DNA from: Vicugna vicugna
Lineage: Eukaryota
Assembly (NCBI GenBank): GCA_013265495.1
Contig: MU058718.1
Coordinates: 4,784,404-4,848,403 of the forward strand
DNA: 64,000 nucleotides
Direction: 5' to 3'
Shown here piece by piece: positions 49,535 to 61,554 of this stretch. The number at the start of each line of letters is the position of its first letter. The stretch's first letter is position 1. The notes beneath the pieces were generated by a model. The model saw only the letters and a list, made by a program, of their open reading frames with translations. It did not search any database and was not told where the DNA came from. The position numbers and the translations under genes were made by a program.

Positions 49535-50530
49535 TCAAATGAATAGCGGTTAATAAAGAGACTACATACAGAGGAGTGAGCAGGACATAGGGAGCAAAGG
49601 AGGGATAACGATGCAGCCAGACACTAGCAACAGTAGAAATGTTGGTATCAGAACCTGGGGAGAGTTTGGACCGTGAGGGAACGCTGTGGCTCTGGGAGAG
49701 GGCAGCCGCTGTCAGAGTACTGGACTGAAGCAGAGAGGGAACAGAAGAAATCACCTACCTCTCCCCTCCTGCCTTCTGATCTCCTGTGGGTGGCTCCCAT
49801 GGGCCAAGCTGAATTTGAAACCAAGGGCTCAGAGCTTGGATCAGGCAGTCCATATGAGACAGGAGGGAAGAAGTCAGGGCACAACCACGAAAAGAATGAC
49901 ACAGCTGTTGAAGATTCAGTTCCCAGTAGACCTTGAAGCCCAAGATGGTGGGAGATTTGACTTCCTGTAGACGTTGAGCTTCATTATATACTCATTGTAA
50001 TACACCAGCATGCTAAACGACACGCCCACAGGAGCCATGACAGTTACGAGGCTGACCATAAAAGGTCAAAAAGTGGGCAGTAGCCTAGTTCCTGGGAATC
50101 CCCACCCCTTCCCTAAAGTAGTTGGAATAAACCTCCCGCTTGTTAGCATATGAAGCCCATAAAAACTAACAACTGTGCACCTTATGGTTGCATTCTTTTG
50201 CCTTCTGAGATGGCTGCAATCTGTCTATGGAGTATTTATCTACTTTTACTTTGAACTAAACACCTATCTCCATGCCTCATGGCCTCTCTGGCCTTCTGAG
50301 ACAGCCTGCACCCTGTTTAAGGATTAGGTATTTCCCTGAATACATCTACTTTTACTCAACTATGGCTCACTCTTGAATTCTTTCCTGTACAAAGCCAAGG
50401 ACCCTCACTTGGCAGGGCGCATCATGGGGACTTGCCCAAGACCTGGGACAGGATCATCCATTTTCCTGTATCACATAGAGGTCAGCCTTGCAGGGACCAG
50501 AGGGGAAGAGGTCAGTGACTTGACCATCAC
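49535..50530 (-). mobile_element. LTR33-like ERVL LTR, split by the MER41-like LTR
   Basis: TAATAAAGAGACTA...CTAGCAACAGT; CTCCTGCCTTCTGATCTCCTG...CTCCCATGGGCC; the two halves rejoin as GCAGTC-CATA-GAGGTCAGCC. Confidence 0.7.
49855..50473 (+). mobile_element. Intact ERV1 solo LTR, MER41-like (619 bp)
   Basis: TG...CA termini; 4-bp TSD CATA (49851-49854 / 50474-50477); MER41-type motifs GCATGCTAAACGACACGCCCACAGGAGCCATGACAGTT and CTTGAATTCTTTCCTGTACAAAGCCAAGGACCC. Confidence 0.85.
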
Positions 50531-50554
50531 AGTGTTCAAGAAATGGTAGTTGTT

Positions 50555-50640
50555 ATGAATATGTATGACTGAAACATTGTGCTGTACACCAGAAATTGAT
50601 GCAACATTGTAAACAAACTATACTTCAGTTTAAAAAAAAG
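50555..50640 (+). mobile_element. Short camelid-type L1 3' end
   Basis: TGTATGACTGAAACATTGTGCTGTACACCAGAAATTGA...ACTATACTTCAG plus A tail. Confidence 0.88.
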
Positions 50641-50644
50641 AAAT

Positions 50645-50715
50645 TTTTTGTTACGAACATAGTTTTTGTTATGAACATAGTTTTTTTTTTTTACAAACAT
50701 AGTTATAAGAACATA
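50645..50715. repeat. About 18-bp tandem repeat (TTTTTGTTAYGAACATAG), 3-4 copies
   Basis: Units at 50645, 50663, 50681 and 50703 (last two degenerate). Confidence 0.85.
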
Positions 50716-53700
50716 TTTATAAGTCTTAGAAGTATGGAGGGCTGGCTTTCCCCATCAACATTCTAAATGGTTCTGGTAGGTGGGTGAGGACATAAATATG
50801 GGAGAAAGGAACGGGCCAATTTATTGTGAGTAGAACCATAATAACAAGCTACCTTGACCACATCCCCTTGCATGGAGGAGATAAATGACATACATTTGTA
50901 GCAACTGGCAATGTAATGATGAAGTTACAAACAGTTCTTAATGAACAGGAACTTATTTCACATGTATATGCCCAAGGAAGAAAACAGAATAATAAATTAC
51001 ATTAGTACTTTAAGAAAAAAATTCAGTGGGTTCCATTGAAAATTCTTGTGCTACAGGAGTGTGTGAACTTGTTCAAAGGAGGGAGGCAAGAGAGTGCATT
51101 TCCCTTTTAGGCTCCATTGACTGAAATGTATGATTATATTTACTGTATCCATGAACAATGGCTTATGGAAACTTTTGAGTAAATTTCGGAATCAAAATTA
51201 TAACTCCTACAACAATCACATGGAAGCCACAGCTATCCAAGGAGAACCCTCAAAGTTAAGATTAAAGTCTCTTTTATGAATTCCTTCAGTGGCAATAATG
51301 AAAGAAGTAGCATCTACTGTAAACTTTTTGGCACCAGAATTTTAAAATTAATAGTAATCCTTCCTCTGGAAGAATTTATTTTTCATATTAGTGTGTAAGA
51401 AACAAAGCATTTATGTCTTCTTTGGAAACTGTAATTTTTAAACTCCAGTGAGTCTGTAGGGACAGAGCAGGAGGGGTATGGCTTGTCAGTTTCCATCACA
51501 GTGACAACTGAACTTAGAAATTTAATCATTCACATTGGACAGGACAGAGGGAGACCCAGATTCTGATTATCAGGGGTAGCATCTCTTTCTATTACATATC
51601 AGAAATGAAAAATAGAAATTAGAAACCGTTTTACTGTGGGATTTCTTCTTACTTGCCAATGATGTTTGATTATTCATTGGTGATTAATGAATTTAGATTT
51701 CTAGTCAAATTAATAATGTTTAGTTACAAATAAAGAAAATAACACATATTTCACATTTCTCTCCAAATGTGCAAAGTCTGATTTAAGAACTTTTCAATGT
51801 TCCACTGCCCATAATGCTTATTTTTATTTTTTGCATTGAAAAAATTGCCTTAATGTTCTAATTAGCATTTCCATCATATTTGCTAACACACTTTCACATT
51901 TATCTTATGCAGTGAAAAACTATAGTCAAATATTTCCCTAGGAAAATTAAAAGGTTATTCATCTGGATACATTTTTTTTTCTGATAAATATCACATCAGG
52001 GACCTCAGAAGGAACACTGGTTAGATATTCTGAGGACAGAACAGAAAGTCTGAGGCATGGAGACGGTCTAATATTATGCTAATTTCATTTTTAATATTAG
52101 ACCTAGAAACTTTTCTGATCTACCTTCTGCTTTGACTATCTATATCCACTTATATTATTTAAATTGGCCCAGTAAATGTAAAAATACCTCTCTGAAATGT
52201 ACATGGAAGGTAGGATTGTACCAATGTAGACCATCTGGTATTGTTTGAGTACCAGTGGAAAATTTCCATTTTTATTAAAAAGACTTATTTTACTTCCTTA
52301 AATTTTATGAGTTGTTCAAACCAATCTAAGCCTTTTCTTTTCTCTTCAAATTTTCATTATTCTCAGATATCTAGCCTGGGTAACAATAATATAATTTTAT
52401 TTCATGATTACTGCTACTCTATTTGTAATTTTCCAGTTTAACTCTAGTTATTCTAGAAACAATGATCATCTCTAGGTAGTTACAGTAGCCCCCACATTTT
52501 ATGGTAGTATAACCTACCACTTTATCATTTAAAGGCTATAGTTTCCTAAATATTTAAGAATGAAAGCTTGGAAGATAATCAGTGTTACACCTTTGTGAAC
52601 AACTTGAAAACCGTCCAGTACTTTTGCTCTTTGCACTTTTTGGAGTGTTTTCTGTTTCCTTCTACAGAGTTCAAGTTCTCCCTGGAAAAACATTCACCAA
52701 AATAGGTTGGAATAACTCCAGAAGGAAGTACTCCATTAGTGTAATTGGTTAGTTCTCTCTCTTTGTGAATTGGAAGGAAAGGCGCTGGGAAGCAGCATTA
52801 TTTTGTGTCCTTGGAAACAGTATTCAAAAAGCTGCTCTTTCGGGAGGAACTTTCTGACCTACTTTGCGCAGTCCCTTGGTCACATGGCTGGTGGAAGCCT
52901 TGTTCTGCACACCACTTCTGTCCTGGATTGGGAGGGCTCACGACCCTTCTGGAGGCAGGATTTATGATCCTCCTGTCCTGGGATCCCACCTTCGTTGTAT
53001 ACAGTGTGATTTATCTGTAGTCCTCTGGTGGAAAAATACGTTGTCCTGTCATAAAATGAAAATTGTGATCTTTTGAACATTGAAGGAAAACCAGATAGCC
53101 CGGTTATAGAAAATCCATTTTTTTTTTTCAGGCTATTTGACTTCAACAGAAGTAATATGTCTGTGGGTGTTAATAAATTGTAGTCTGACCTGTAGTTAAT
53201 AAATTAACAGTCTGATCTGTATTGTGCAGAATTAGACTCCCTTAATGTTTGCTTAACTTGCTCTCCGTGCCAGAACTTCCACATTCTGAATGTGATAGAA
53301 ATGTGAAAATTTCCATAAAGCTTAAATGCAAGTGACTGTTTAGTAACTGTTATGATGAGTGCTTGACAATGAACTTCAGTGTTTTCCTGTAATTCCAGTT
53401 TCTGGAGAGACAGTAAACTTAATTGTTTCAGGAAGCTGTTTAGATACATGGTATTTACACTCTAGTAACTGTGAAGTTTGGGTAGACAATTGAGTTGGCT
53501 AGCCCCACATTTATTCAGGAAATTTGTCTAGGATAAGTTTATTTTGATTAGTGGGCTAAAGCTGTTTTATCTTTACGCCCTTGTTGTTTCTGGCATAAAT
53601 TCTAGGTCAAGGTAACTCTCAAACTGCTAAATGAGTATTTTTCAGTGGAGTCTTGTAAGTTGGGGACAGTGCTCTTAAATCTTCTTGGCTGAGTTGCCAT

Positions 53701-54699
53701 CCACTGAATTACTGGGCTGAGATAGGATCAAAGTCATTTTTTATATCTAAAAAAGTTAAGTTTTTATTTAAAAAAAGACTCAGTGCAGAGAGTATCTTCA
53801 GTCATTGAAAAGGAAGGTCACTGTGTATTTTTCATCCTTTTAAATTATTAGCTGAAGCATTTGAAACAATTCTAGAGAAGAAGAAATTCACATTTCCTAC
53901 CATGAGCAATTGTAGTTCATGCCAAAACATTCCCATGATTTGTGTTTTTAATCAGTTTGTTGTTGTTATAGTTAATCCGCCTACTATCTCTGAGAAGAAG
54001 GTTAAAATTATTAACCCTATGTTACAGATTGGGGAATGGGGACACGTTCATGTTAAGTGGGGCCACAAGCATCCCACAGTGAGTCACTGATACAGGGAGG
54101 ATTTGTCTGATATTCCTGTGTTGTGTTCAAGCCACAATGTCTTTGATTTTACTTGTAATGAATCACACTATTGTACCTCTGTTCATATTTGGAAAGGAAG
54201 CACTGACATCTGACCATCTTTCTTTTCCCCTTTCCATAATCCTTGTGAGCCGTTAAAGATAAACTACTGTGGTTGTTGAAAGACTATAATGTCTCTTAAT
54301 CCTTTGTGAGATGTGCATGTATTATGGTTGTAACCAACTTTCATGTTAATATTAAAGATCTTAGACAAGTCTGGAAATCAAATTAAAATTTAACCTATAG
54401 GTATATTTAATTGCTAGTCTTTTCAATTCTAAGTGGAGACAATCAACCAAAGAGTATTTATTGAGCATCAACAGACTTTGGCCACAGACTTTCCTAGGCA
54501 GCTGTTGTGATATCTTTCTCTCCGGCAAGATGCTGACTACACCTGTGGTAAATTTTAGGTCATTACTCAGCCTTCCTTGGTTGGTACTGGAGGACTTAAC
54601 TCAGATAAGATCATGTTATAAAATTTCAGAGCTGGAGAGCTTAAGAGTCATTATTCCATTCTCACATCAAATATTGCTGCTCTCTTCCCCCACCACACT

Positions 54700-55198
54700 C
54701 CTGAAGGCACGGCTCACATTTCATATACAATTTGTTCTGTTTGACCCTTCACACTCCAGGCTCCAGCCGCCTGGGATAAGTGCCTTGAGGATGTTCTGCT
54801 CTCTCCCCTCATGACCAGCTTCTGTACTTGAGTCTCCTTAATCAGGTCACCCCCTTCCTCCCCTCCTGCCTCATCCTCTGTACCATGTCTCAGTGACTCC
54901 CTAACTCTTAACTCCTACTCAGTTTTTAAGTCTCAGCTTAAGTGCCACCTCTGAAGGGAGTATTTCCCCAACATCTAGCCTAGATCAAGTCCCTTGCTGT
55001 ATGAGCTCTGATAGCAAACAGCCTATACTTTCTCTTTGGTGAAATTCACTCTGCTTCACTTTGCTTGCTGCTAGATTATAAACTCCGTAAAACCCTGGAC
55101 CACGTCTCTCGTCTCCAACTAAGTGACAAATGCTTAGTAGAGTCCTAGAGACAAAGTGGATGCTCAATATGTACTATTTGGTTGGTGGGTTGGTTGAC
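54700..55198 (+). mobile_element. L2 3' portion
   Basis: AACTCCTACTCAGTTTTTAAGTCTCAGCTTAAGTGCCACCTC; CTAGATTATAAACTCC; GATGCTCAATATGTACTATTTGGTTGG. Confidence 0.75.
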
Positions 55199-55350
55199 TG
55201 CTAATTTTTCACTCATATGCATAGAGACAATTAATATACACCTTTGGTAGTACTTTCAATGTATAAAAGGAACATCTCTATGCATATAAGAGTGAAAAAT
55301 TAGCAATTAATATACACCTTTGGTAGTACTTTCAATGTATAAAAGGAACA
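55199..55350. repeat. A-B-A'-B structure: 47-bp direct repeat separated by an inverted copy of the upstream flank
   Basis: 55228-55274 is identical to 55304-55350; 55275-55305 is the reverse complement of 55199-55227 plus a 2-nt insertion. Confidence 0.95.
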
Positions 55351-55599
55351 AGAACTTCTCCCTCATCCTAGGAAAGAGATTGAAGAGAAAAAACAAGACT
55401 ATTACAGAAATAAAGACAAAAGCAGAGATTATAACTTTAATAACAAAGTGGAATTTGGGCCAAATAATATTCCCTGACATAAAGCTAATTCTTTTTAATG
55501 CTAAAAGTTGAAATTCACAAGGGACATAATTATAAATTAACTTGCCTGTTTATTTATATATTAATCACCTTACCTATGTAATTATAAATTATAAAGAAA

Positions 55600-56150
55600 T
55601 CTTTCCATGTGGTGAAAAACTGAGACCATGGTATGGGACACAAACTAGAGAAATACCGTCATAATGCAAAGGAAAACATTAAAGAGATAAACATGATAAA
55701 AATAAGAGAATAGGTATGGAAATTCAAGTTATTTTCCTTATGTATCATGGATACATAAGTATTCTTGAAGAATAAGACATAAAAATTAATGCGGAATAAA
55801 AATCAAGGAAATGATATAAGAAATTTTTGTGAATTGGAGGATCTGAATTTGGGAATGAAGTTTCACCATAATCTATGTGTAATAAAAGAGAAAGAAACTA
55901 GGTTTAGATTTATTCTAGTAAAGAATAATAAAATTTCTTTACATACCTAAGCACATAACCCAAACAAATAAAAATGAATTTGACATCACATTTCTTTTTC
56001 AGACCATGAAATAGTGTGTGATGATATTTAAAGGGTATTTTGGGAAAAAATGGGTTTTTTGAATGACATGTTTTTTCCAAGTTGGAGTTCATGTGTAATG
56101 GAAGCAGAGACTTTAATATGCAGAGTTGCAGAATATATATGTAGTACTTA
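55600..56150 (+). mobile_element. Highly degenerate L1ME/HAL1-like ORF1 remnant
   Basis: A-rich strand with ORF1-like motifs (AAGAAATTTTTGTGAATTG..GATCTGAATTTGGGAATGAA; GACATCACATTTC). Confidence 0.45.
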
Positions 56151-56319
56151 GGAGAAATTCTAGTTTGGTCTTCCTGGGGAAAAATTGTAATTCTCCTAAG
56201 AAAATTATCCATTTTCTATTTGTATATTCACCATGAATTATGCAACTACAGTGTTTTTTCTTTTTATTTTGATTGTAAGAATGATGAGTTAAATATATTT
56301 GAGGGCCACCGTGTTGAGG

Positions 56320-56645
56320 TAAAAACTGCTAATCTCCACTATATCTGTTCTTCTTTTCCTTCTTTATATGATAGAACTTTTAGCCGATTACATGACTGCC
56401 CAAGTAAAGATTATATTTCCCAATTTTCCTAACAACTAGGTGTGGCTGTGGGAATATATCCTACCCAGTGAGATAGAGTGGAATTGGTGTAAGCAGTTGG
56501 GATGCAGGTGTAATGAGGTGCCATCTTGAACCATGTGAATGTGACCAAACCTTAGAGATGACTGATCACAAGATAGAAAAAGTAGCGTGGGTCTCTGAAG
56601 ACTGTGTAGAGTAGACCCACCTTACCTGCTTGAAATTACCTTACC
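56320..56645 (+). mobile_element. MLT1H/J-like LTR fragment
   Basis: ATATTTCCCAATTTTCCTAACAACTAGGTGTGGCTG; GCCATCTTGAACCATGTG; ACAAGATAGAA..GTGGGTCTCTGA. Confidence 0.7.
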
Positions 56646-57754
56646 TGCAATGAATTTTAAATTCATTGTTTTTTTTTTATCTCTGGCCCACCAGTGGAAT
56701 TTTAATCAGTACACACAAAAAGTCTAGGTACAGTGCGTTTAGAAGTCTCAGTCCTAGCTCCAGTTTTATCTTTATTATTATTTTTCCCTCTTTGACTATT
56801 TTTAATATTTCATCTTATTTTATGTGTCTTTGGATACTTGCTTAACTATTCTAAGTATATATAGATACACTCACCTTCCTAATAAAGTTACTTGAAGACA
56901 TAATGTAAATAACCAAGAAGTGAGTAAAAATCTAGACTCAGAAGTGAGGAATTAACAGTCAATAGGATCGATGTTGAACATTGAAATAAAATAAATGACA
57001 GTTGTAAATATAGCCAGATTATCTTTTTCTTCCACCTCCCACCCTTTCTTGGGCGTGAGATGTATGAGGGTGCAAGAGAGAAGGGAGTTTGGTAATACAG
57101 CTCAAGACTCCCTCTGTGCCCAGACTTGTCATGAAAAGAATAAAACACAGGCTTGACTTTCAAATATCTACCTGTAGGGAACAGAAAAATGCTTCCAATA
57201 AAAATCCTTCACTTAAAGAAACTCATGACCTTGAAGGCCAGCTTGGAGCTCATCGTCTTTAATTCCTAGATAAATACATAAACCAGCGAAGAACTTTTGG
57301 CTCTTGGTGGGGAGGGTAACAAACCCTCTATAAAAACAAACTGTTTAGTCATATAAAACAAAGACCAGATTTAAAAATAAGATCCTGGACAGTGTAAACA
57401 AAAATTTAAATTTGTGGCTTATTTCATAATCCCAAACTGAATCTCTCCTTTTTTTTTGTCTAAGCAGTCCACTATGGAATTTTTCTTAGAAGCAATTGGT
57501 CCCAAGTCCCCAGATCCTTTCACAGTAGTTGCTGCTAAAAAACCTGAACTCTATATCTCATACCCAAGAAAGATGTGCAAATGAACTGGTTCAGTGTCTA
57601 CTTTGTCTGATATTAATATTATCTTTTACATTCTTTGGTCCCCTTTGCTTGGTTTACCTAGCCTATCTATTTGTTTTAGCTTTGTTCTAAGGAGATTGGT
57701 TTTGGCTTTTTCATTCTGACAGTGTTTGTCTCTTAACTGAATTAACTATTGAAG

Positions 57755-58320
57755 AGTAACAGCCAACATCATATTTAATGGGAAAGTATGAGTGGCTGTC
57801 CTAAACTCAGAACTAAAGCTGATATATATAAAATAGATTAAAAAACATATTTCTTCTGTATGGCACAGGGAACTATATTCAATATCTTTTAGTAACCTAC
57901 AATGAAAATGAATGTGAAAATGAATATATATGTATATGTATGATTTGACTGAAACATCATGCAGTACCAGAAATTGATACATTGTAACTGACTGTACTTC
58001 AATTAAAGTAGGACCTGAGATTACCATTATTATCTAACTATATTCTTGAATCTATGGACAGTGCAATGAGTTATGAAATAGAAGGAGGAGATACCAATAT
58101 TTGAAAAGATTAAAAAATCATAATATCCAGATGATATGAATTTTTGGCTTAAAAAAACCTAGGAGAACCATTTGAAACTACTATGATTTTTCAGTAATTT
58201 CAGTAAACTAGCTAGAAACAAAATAGGGAAATAATATAATGCTCATAGTTTTTTAATAAACCAGTAGTAACTAATTAAAATATAATAGATAAAAGTACAA
58301 TCAAGTTCCCATTAAGAATA
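57755..58320 (+). mobile_element. Old L1 ORF2 (reverse transcriptase) remnant
   Basis: ACAGCCAACATCATATTTAATGGGAAA (ANIILNGE-like); CCATTATTATCTAACTATATTCTTGAA (PLLFNIVLE-like); CAGATGATATG (ADDM-like). Confidence 0.75.
57822..58007 (+). mobile_element. Camelid-type L1 3' end nested in the old L1 ORF2
   Basis: TATATAAAATAGAT...GCACAGGGAACTATATTCAATATCTT...CATTGTAACTGACTGTACTTCAATTAAA. Confidence 0.88.
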
Positions 58321-58339
58321 GCAATATCCATTATACCAG

Positions 58340-58700
58340 CAAAACATTTTGAGAGCCTATTGTGTACCTGCATTGAGCTATAATGTCCCTACCCTTGAGG
58401 GCTTAAATTGTGGTGGGTGAGACTAACATGCAGACCTGCAATCACAGTATGTTTGGGTGCTATGATCCAGGTAACACGCAGGATGAGGATGCTCCAGCTG
58501 AGTTCTGAAGGAAAAGTTGGGTGAATTTTAATAGGAAAATGTTATTCAGGTATAGGGAGTGACAGTGTCTCTTTTGAGGGGGATCTCACTGATTCAGTAA
58601 GGCTGGACCATCGGCTGCAAGGAAGGACTAAGAGTGCTGAAGCTGCCGAGAAAACGTGTGGTCAGTTCACTAAGGCTTCTGGGCTGTGTTGAGGGCTGTA
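58340..58700 (-). mobile_element. L2 fragment
   Basis: AACATTTTGAGAGCCTATTGTGT; CCCTACCCTTGAGGGCTTAAATTGTGGTGGG; CAGCTGAGTTCTGAAGGA. Confidence 0.6.
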
Positions 58701-59449
58701 GGGAATTCCGTCTGTGAACGTTGCTGTCTCCTCTCTCCTGCAGCATTTTGAGGGTGGCAGTCGCTCAGCTGATATTGCTTCAGTTTCTGTCATTCTGTCC
58801 TGAAGATATTTGATGTGGAGTTCTCCCTGCTCCTAGATTCTGCCTTTGTTACCAGGGTAATGTATTTGAATTCCTTTCTGACTGACAGATGTGCTGAGCA
58901 GGGTGTTGCCCCTGCACAGACTCCTTCCCAGGGATTCGGTATCTGTTGGTAAGAGCCTGGCAATGAGCCTTGGGCCCTGAAACAAGGTTTTAAAATGGTC
59001 TTAATAGTCAAAGAGATAACCCATTATGGTGCACTTGAGGTCACCTGAGCCCACGAAAAACCCAGATGGGGACATTATACAGACTGTGTGATCCCACTGG
59101 GGTTAGCAGACCATGGCATCATGGGACTGTGAGCATCTGAGTCTGCCTGGTGGCTACACTCTGGAGAAATTCATGTCTGAAAGGTCTTTTGCTTAGGGAA
59201 GTGCCTTTCAGGTCTGACACTGGGTTTTCACAAAGAATAGTGAAGTTCTGTTTAGAAACTGGGGCAGTTCGTCGCTTCTGCCAGTTGAAGGTAATGAGAT
59301 TCTCGCTGGGCAGGAAGATCATGGGCTGATGTGCATGAGGCTGTGGTGGTCAGACATGCCATTGGCCTTCTGGCTTTTAAGATTTATCAGTTAATTTCTC
59401 AAGAGAGCTCATCCATCTTACTTGGCAGTGACTGAGCCACTTGATGGTA

Positions 59450-59706
59450 ATATTAATAATAGCAGTTAACATTGATAGAGAACTTAATATTATTCAAGGC
59501 TCCATGCTAAATGCTTTCCTTGAATCTTCACACCCTTATGAGGTAGATATGAATCATCATTCCCAGTCTACTAAGTGAGTGGATTGAGGCTGGGGAGATG
59601 GCATCTTGCTCATGGTCATATAGATAATGCTTTGTGGGAGTGGGTTTCAGACCTACACCTGTCAGATTCCCAAGTGCATCCTCTTAATTAGAATGCCACA
59701 CTGCCT
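59450..59706 (-). mobile_element. Near full-length MIR
   Basis: TAATAATAGCAGTTAACATT...ATGCTAAATGCTTT...CCCTTATGAGGTAG...GAGGCT...CTTGCTCATGGTCA...CCACACTGCCT. Confidence 0.85.
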
Positions 59707-61554
59707 TGGGGGTTTGGGATTTTGAGAAGTGGAACTCAGATCTGGAGTGGTTGGTCAGGCTGTCATTTTCTATGCTACAGACACCAGTATGCAACTTGAA
59801 TGCAACTTTGTTGACTCTAAAGTTTTTCTCTACCCTAGAAATCTTGTTATTGCCCACTTTTTAATAAAAAACATGCACAGAGAGGTCTTGGGATAAGATG
59901 GAGCTGATGATCATTTTGGATACATTAGTCTCCTTTCTAAATGGCTTACGTCAACTGGTATGGAATAGAAATGTGGAGTGGGAGGTACAGATGAAGATAA
60001 GCAGTGAGTACAGATGGGTAGAGCAGCATCTGAGATGTAGACTGGGTGCAGCTGACAAGGGTCAGAAAGAGGAGCTCATGGGAGAGCTCACAGTTTGTCA
60101 CAGGAGCATGAATGTGTGTTCCAATGAGCAGACATTTTCTCCCTATGAAATCCATGTCCATCTAGCCCTGCTTGAATCTTGCCATTCTGATCAGGTGGAA
60201 GGAACCAAAGAATGCACTTGTTCAATAAAACCTCAGTGGTATCTGAAGTGCCAAGAACCTATGAACATAGTGCTAAACGCTATAACCTTGGGTGGGAGTT
60301 GAACTTGGAAGCTGAGGCAGGCAGAAATAGACTTGGTACAGAACTGTGACTTTGTAGATCCCTGAGCAGCTTGGTAATTCTGCCCAGTTCATATTTTTAT
60401 TAGGTTACCTGTTTGTTGTAGTTTTTGCCTTTTCTTAACTGGAAGCCTGTTTATCTCTTTATCAGGATGAGCCCTAAAAATGAAGAAAGGCTATTTTCCA
60501 ATATATCACCTCCTTATTTTAGGCACAGTATTGTTTTGGGCATGACGTTTGGCTAAGTTTCAAATATTTGTCTCTTGAAATCAAAACAATAAGAAACAAA
60601 ATGAAATTTAGTTATTTATTAAGGGAAAGTGAATGTTACTTTATTATACATGACATTAATAAAAACCAAGTAAAGTGTTAAAAAAAAGGTTACTAAGTCA
60701 GTACTATTTATTTGTCTATTTTAAGTGGAGTTGTAAAATCATGTATGATTTTTTCTAAAGGGTAGTACTTTAAATCTACTACTTGATGGGGATAAGCTAA
60801 GCTGATAGTGTCCTCTGTCTTTATGATCTGAAACACACGGTTTGGGGTCTGTGGGCAGATATGCTGGTGATGACAGCCCATGCTTTCTGAGCTATGATGA
60901 GATACACGTTGGCTGGAATACTTGGGAATGATGGTGGTTTAACTCCCCCTATTAAGTTTATGATGTCGTCCACGGTTAGAACTTACTCCTAATGGTGGCA
61001 ATATCTCACATTTACAAGGCACTTTCATCATGCAGAGTTCCAGAGTGCCCTCTGAGCGTATGTTTACAGGGACAACTATTCTCTGTGATGCAGCCATTTC
61101 TTAGGAGTGCGACAACACGCATAAGGCCCCAGCCGTGTGGTGCCCACCAAGAACACAGGTGATAATAACAGTCACTCAAGACTTAATTTTAAAGCAACAT
61201 AATCTACTCACCCAATTCGACAGGCACACGGATATTAACATCCTTCAAAAGGTTTTTAGAGAGCCTGTGATGATTATGAAGTTATGCTTGAATTTTATGT
61301 GACCCTTGATAGAACACTGTCTCTTAATGTCTTGCCAACTTAGTATTTTTATTTTCAGTGGTAATAGTTCTCTCTTCTGACTTAGTGAAAAATAGATGTT
61401 GTATGTTCCCTCTACTACCCATATGTTCTTTGGAAATTTCTAATTTTTGTATTGCCTTTGTTTATGTTTGTGCGGGTTTCCTCATTAGGAACTAATTACC
61501 ATGTCCTGGAAGGATACCAGAGAGCCTTTTAAATTCCTTCCAGATATCTGCCTT

